A stretch of DNA of 52,953 nt, filler included, from Basidiobolus ranarum (Eukaryota), in assembly GCA_040143965.1 (NCBI GenBank). It is 3 parts of 3 records of this genome, joined end to end, with 100 filler letters (N's around TTAATTAATTAA, not from the genome) between each part and the next. Parts side by side here need not be neighbours in the genome. Positions count along the whole stretch, not along the records: positions 35,391 to 52,953 come from JASJQH010007177.1; 2 more parts are not named here. One strand, given 5' to 3'. Below the pieces are notes generated by a model. That model did no database searches. It saw only the letters and a list, made by a program, of their open reading frames with translations, and was not told where the DNA came from. Position numbers and translations under genes: made by a program. Positions 49,526 through 52,953 of the stretch are shown one piece after another (within the stretch, counting starts at the first letter, position 1; the number at the start of each line of letters is the position of its first letter).

Positions 49526-51337
49526 CCTGAACGCATTCTACATGCTGGCTTGTCTACTTCTTGACAATAGTATAAATGTCTACTTACACTTGATAAATCA
49601 TTGAGTAAAAACCACCGATTCTTCTAGTTCTCCAAATCACTTCCAACAACTCTCAAGATACTCGACCAGTATCTATACTCTGTTTAAGAGATAAGAATTT
49701 CACTTAGATGAATTCAAGGATTGAGGTAGAATATTTAATTGAAGAATCGACCAATATACATTAGGAAAAGACTTAGGTATCACTTAAAGATACCATCAAG
49801 TAAATGCTTCTCCATTAGGGCCAGATGAGAAAGTGAACATCTCAATCTTAATTCTTTGCTTAAGAAAACCTAATAGGATTGCTATATTGGCCAAATATTG
49901 GAAGCGGTTTATCCAGGGCACTGTTCCATAGAGCAGCAAACAATGGGTATATTACTCCACCAAACTACTAGGCTTGTGTATTGCCTATTGTCTAGGACCT
50001 GGAGTTTTATATTTATTGATTTTAATGAGCATAGTATAGTTGCTTTATCATTGCTCATTAGGATATTACTGATGAATAGTAATACAAGGTGTCACAGTAA
50101 TGTTTCCACCAACATATTCAACTGATCCTTGCGGATTATTGTTGATGAAATTGCTCTCTAGGAAGGAAAAAAAGGGCTTAAATATTAACCAGCATTTATA
50201 GTAAAAGAACTTCCTCAGTGAAATTCATACATAGCAAACATTGATGATACAAAGGTTATTTAGTTATTCATTTCTGGCCCCCAAATTAGAGTGAGGGTTC
50301 ATGTCAAAAAGTGGAGTCAGAATACCAAAAGAATCCAATGAGAAAATTGGAAACCCCAAAACGGATTGGAAATAATATGGTAGAAGAGGAGGAAATCCGA
50401 GTTTTGAAGTTTTCACACGGGTTCAACCGAGCACATATATCACATGTGTCATACTAATTTTATGTCATTATGACCTAAGAAGCGATCGTATGAAAACTCT
50501 CACATGGCCCTTGTGGAATGGCGCATTATTCTTGTGGTGGCCAAGTGGGCTTGATTGTCGCCATATAGAAACTGGCGACGGCTATTATTGCCAAAATGAT
50601 CAGAGCAAGCGTTGATCATTGGTATCATCAACGAATCCTGGATTGTGGGCACGACTAATAACAAGTAGGGAGTATTAGAGATAATTTTCTTCCCAGGTGT
50701 CATGTGTCTGAGTCAAAAGTGGCGATAAATTCCTTTATCACACCTGCTGATTTGTTAAAGTAAGGCAACTCTGCAGCAGTTTTTCTACTACTGCCATAAA
50801 CTCTGTAGCCAGATTGGCCGAGAAACTCAAGGTCGGACTACGTTATGTCAACGTCTTTTCGGATATTATTCAAAATTACATGGCAAAATGTGGCATTTCG
50901 ACGAAGGATGATACTTTACTAACTCAGTCAGTTAGAGGAGAAATGTAAAAAACTGAAAAATGAGGGTTGCTACTATCACTACCCAGTAAAGAGTTACTAC
51001 AATAACTTATCACATTGATCAACTCCCCCATTACTTCTGATCCTCAGTTAGCCGTTCCTATACTTAATCTATTTAGAAAATACTCATAAGCCATTATCTC
51101 TTTCTGTTCAATTTATATCAACAGTGTTTCAACTGTAGTCAGTTTATCTTATCAAATTATGCACTCTTCCCAACAAAATGTGAATTTTTTTTAAGGTAAT
51201 ATTAGCCTAGTTATACTTGCTCGTTACTTTTAAAGATTTTATAATTGATGATTTATAGAAATTTCTATTTCAAAAAACCAGTGGTGGGAATATTGGAGAG
51301 TTAGGCTTACAGCATTACGATACCTTCAATGAGTTTC

Positions 51338-52351
51338 TTAGAAGGGTATCAAATCCCCCTTCAGTAAACCAATGGCATTTTTGCCCTCTGCTTTGATGGT
51401 CGTATACCAGCCCTTCAATGAACTGGTGAGTGCCTTCTGATAACCGTTTATCTCTGGTTTGACATATTTGCCGACATAGGAATCAAGACCCTTGAGTATA
51501 ACACTTTTCAACAAGTCGCCAATGCTACCACCGTCCGCGCCATTATCTTGACATTTTCTAGTCCAGCAGTTAACAGCCGACTCTACAGTTAGTCCTTTAG
51601 GTGCATTAGCTTTAACGCAAGTATTTCTTGGGTGATTGTCGCACAATTGCTTGATTCCACTCTCGGTAATGTTGTGACAGTCATTCACAGTAGGATAAGG
51701 CTTCTTCCAGTCACGGTCAAATTTCAAACCACTTTTTAGACACTCTACATCTGTTGAATCGCAGGTAGACAACAACAAGGGATTCAGTATCATATTTATA
51801 GCGGAGTCAGGAGCTTTGGGTCCAGGAGCGAGGTAGCTAACCCATCTTGCGCTATTCTTCACATGGAAAGTGTCAATTTTCACATAGCCACTGTCGATTT
51901 CATCCTTATAAGCTGTTTCCAACATCTGTTGATTAAATTTAATTCTCTTGAAGTAGTACATATCACTATCTTGGGACACAGGTAGCATTATGCTCTCCAA
52001 ATAAGTGTCAACCCATAGTCCGATATTGTTGCCATATTCGCTTTTCTTCACTGAAATCTTGGAGAGAACTTCATCACAGTGTAAGAAGTCATAGATGTCG
52101 GACCATTGGGTATATCCATCTTGATTGCAAACTTGTATGTTTCCAAGAACGCTGTTGGAAAGGTTGTCTGTACTGTAGATGTGAGCCAAAATCTCATATC
52201 GATCCGAGTTATCCGGAGAAAGTCCATTCAGGTTTCCGTTGATACAGCCGGATTTCTTGTATCCAATGGAGTCAAAGAACAGGAATGGGATGGCATCAGT
52301 CAGAGAAGTCCCGCTAGCCACAGCCAAGAGAATGCACAGAAGAGTCTTCAT
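51338..52351 (-). CDS. Secreted 337-aa protein with a Cys-rich C-terminal half, unknown function
   Basis: Signal peptide MKTLLCILLAVASGTSLTDA, 10 Cys in the mature region, intronless. TATA-like TATATATAA ~60 nt upstream (52411-52420). Confidence 0.8.
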   Translation of the reverse strand: MKTLLCILLAVASGTSLTDAIPFLFFDSIGYKKSGCINGNLNGLSPDNSDRYEILAHIYSTDNLSNSVLGNIQVCNQDGYTQWSDIYDFLHCDEVLSKISVKKSEYGNNIGLWVDTYLESIMLPVSQDSDMYYFKRIKFNQQMLETAYKDEIDSGYVKIDTFHVKNSARWVSYLAPGPKAPDSAINMILNPLLLSTCDSTDVECLKSGLKFDRDWKKPYPTVNDCHNITESGIKQLCDNHPRNTCVKANAPKGLTVESAVNCWTRKCQDNGADGGSIGDLLKSVILKGLDSYVGKYVKPEINGYQKALTSSLKGWYTTIKAEGKNAIGLLKGDLIPF

Positions 52352-52953
52352 ATTCGTAAAAGCTTGGAAATCTTCAAGTATGTATATGACAGTATGAACA
52401 GAGTGTTCATTTATATATAAACTTTTATCCTGTCAACTTTTAGAGAGCATAATTTGCATAGAAGTATTCACCAAATAAAGTAACACTTTGATAACTCTTT
52501 TTGTTGACCAATGTAAATGTGTGACCGAACTTTGGTGCTTTGAGGTTCTGCAATACGAAGAGATGATCAGTCTACCTTGGTACACTTGCATCCGCACTGG
52601 GACAAAAGGAGCCTTAAAATTCCACTTTGGATGCTAGGCTGAGATGAAGTAACTACTGATTGGATTAATGCTTGCTAAAAAACAATAGCCAATTGTTAAA
52701 ACAATGACTTCTAAACTAATAAGCAGTTATTTCTAATTATAGGTGGCGTCCTTTAGCCAGAACAGAATTGAGACGGTCGTTCCTACTTGATATACGTACA
52801 TGCATATGCAATGTGTGATGGAGGACTTGGAACACGCTATAGGCTTTAATTGCTGCTTTATTTGCTTGTACTCTTCTAAACCAAAAATTAATTAATAAAT
52901 AAGAACATATACCCACTCCTTCCCACCCTATAAAGATTAATAATAAATTATCA

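Overview
Eukaryotic, AT-rich fungal genomic DNA with short (about 55-155 nt) spliceosomal introns. Gene content suggests an early-diverging, non-Dikarya fungus; a Basidiobolus-like zoopagomycete is plausible but this is inference. The window is three unrelated contigs of about 17.6 kb (1-17600, 17701-35290, 35391-52953) joined by artificial 100-nt N/TTAATTAATTAA spacers, so no linkage can be inferred across the gaps. Contig 1 holds small secreted proteins, an ABHD11-like hydrolase, a tandem double-CAP protein, Bax inhibitor-1, a decayed region with a ~465-codon pseudogene, and the 5' end of a hybrid histidine kinase. Contig 2 holds RPS6 (partial), QCR7, a TMEM97/EXPERA protein, PSF2, an EF-hand/coiled-coil KASH-like protein, GYP2, CSM3/TIPIN and a single-pass membrane protein. 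Contig 3 holds an NDT80-family factor (partial), a kinectin-like membrane-anchored coiled-coil protein, RNR1 split by a 1-nt frameshift, YKE4/ZIP7, RPP1 and an orphan secreted Cys-containing protein. The strongest unusual signal is a textbook minor-spliceosome (U12) AT-AC intron at 33622-33698 that interrupts the transmembrane helix of the single-pass protein. The RNR1 frameshift and a secreted amphipathic-peptide precursor are the next most interesting. No database searches were possible; exon structures were derived by hand.
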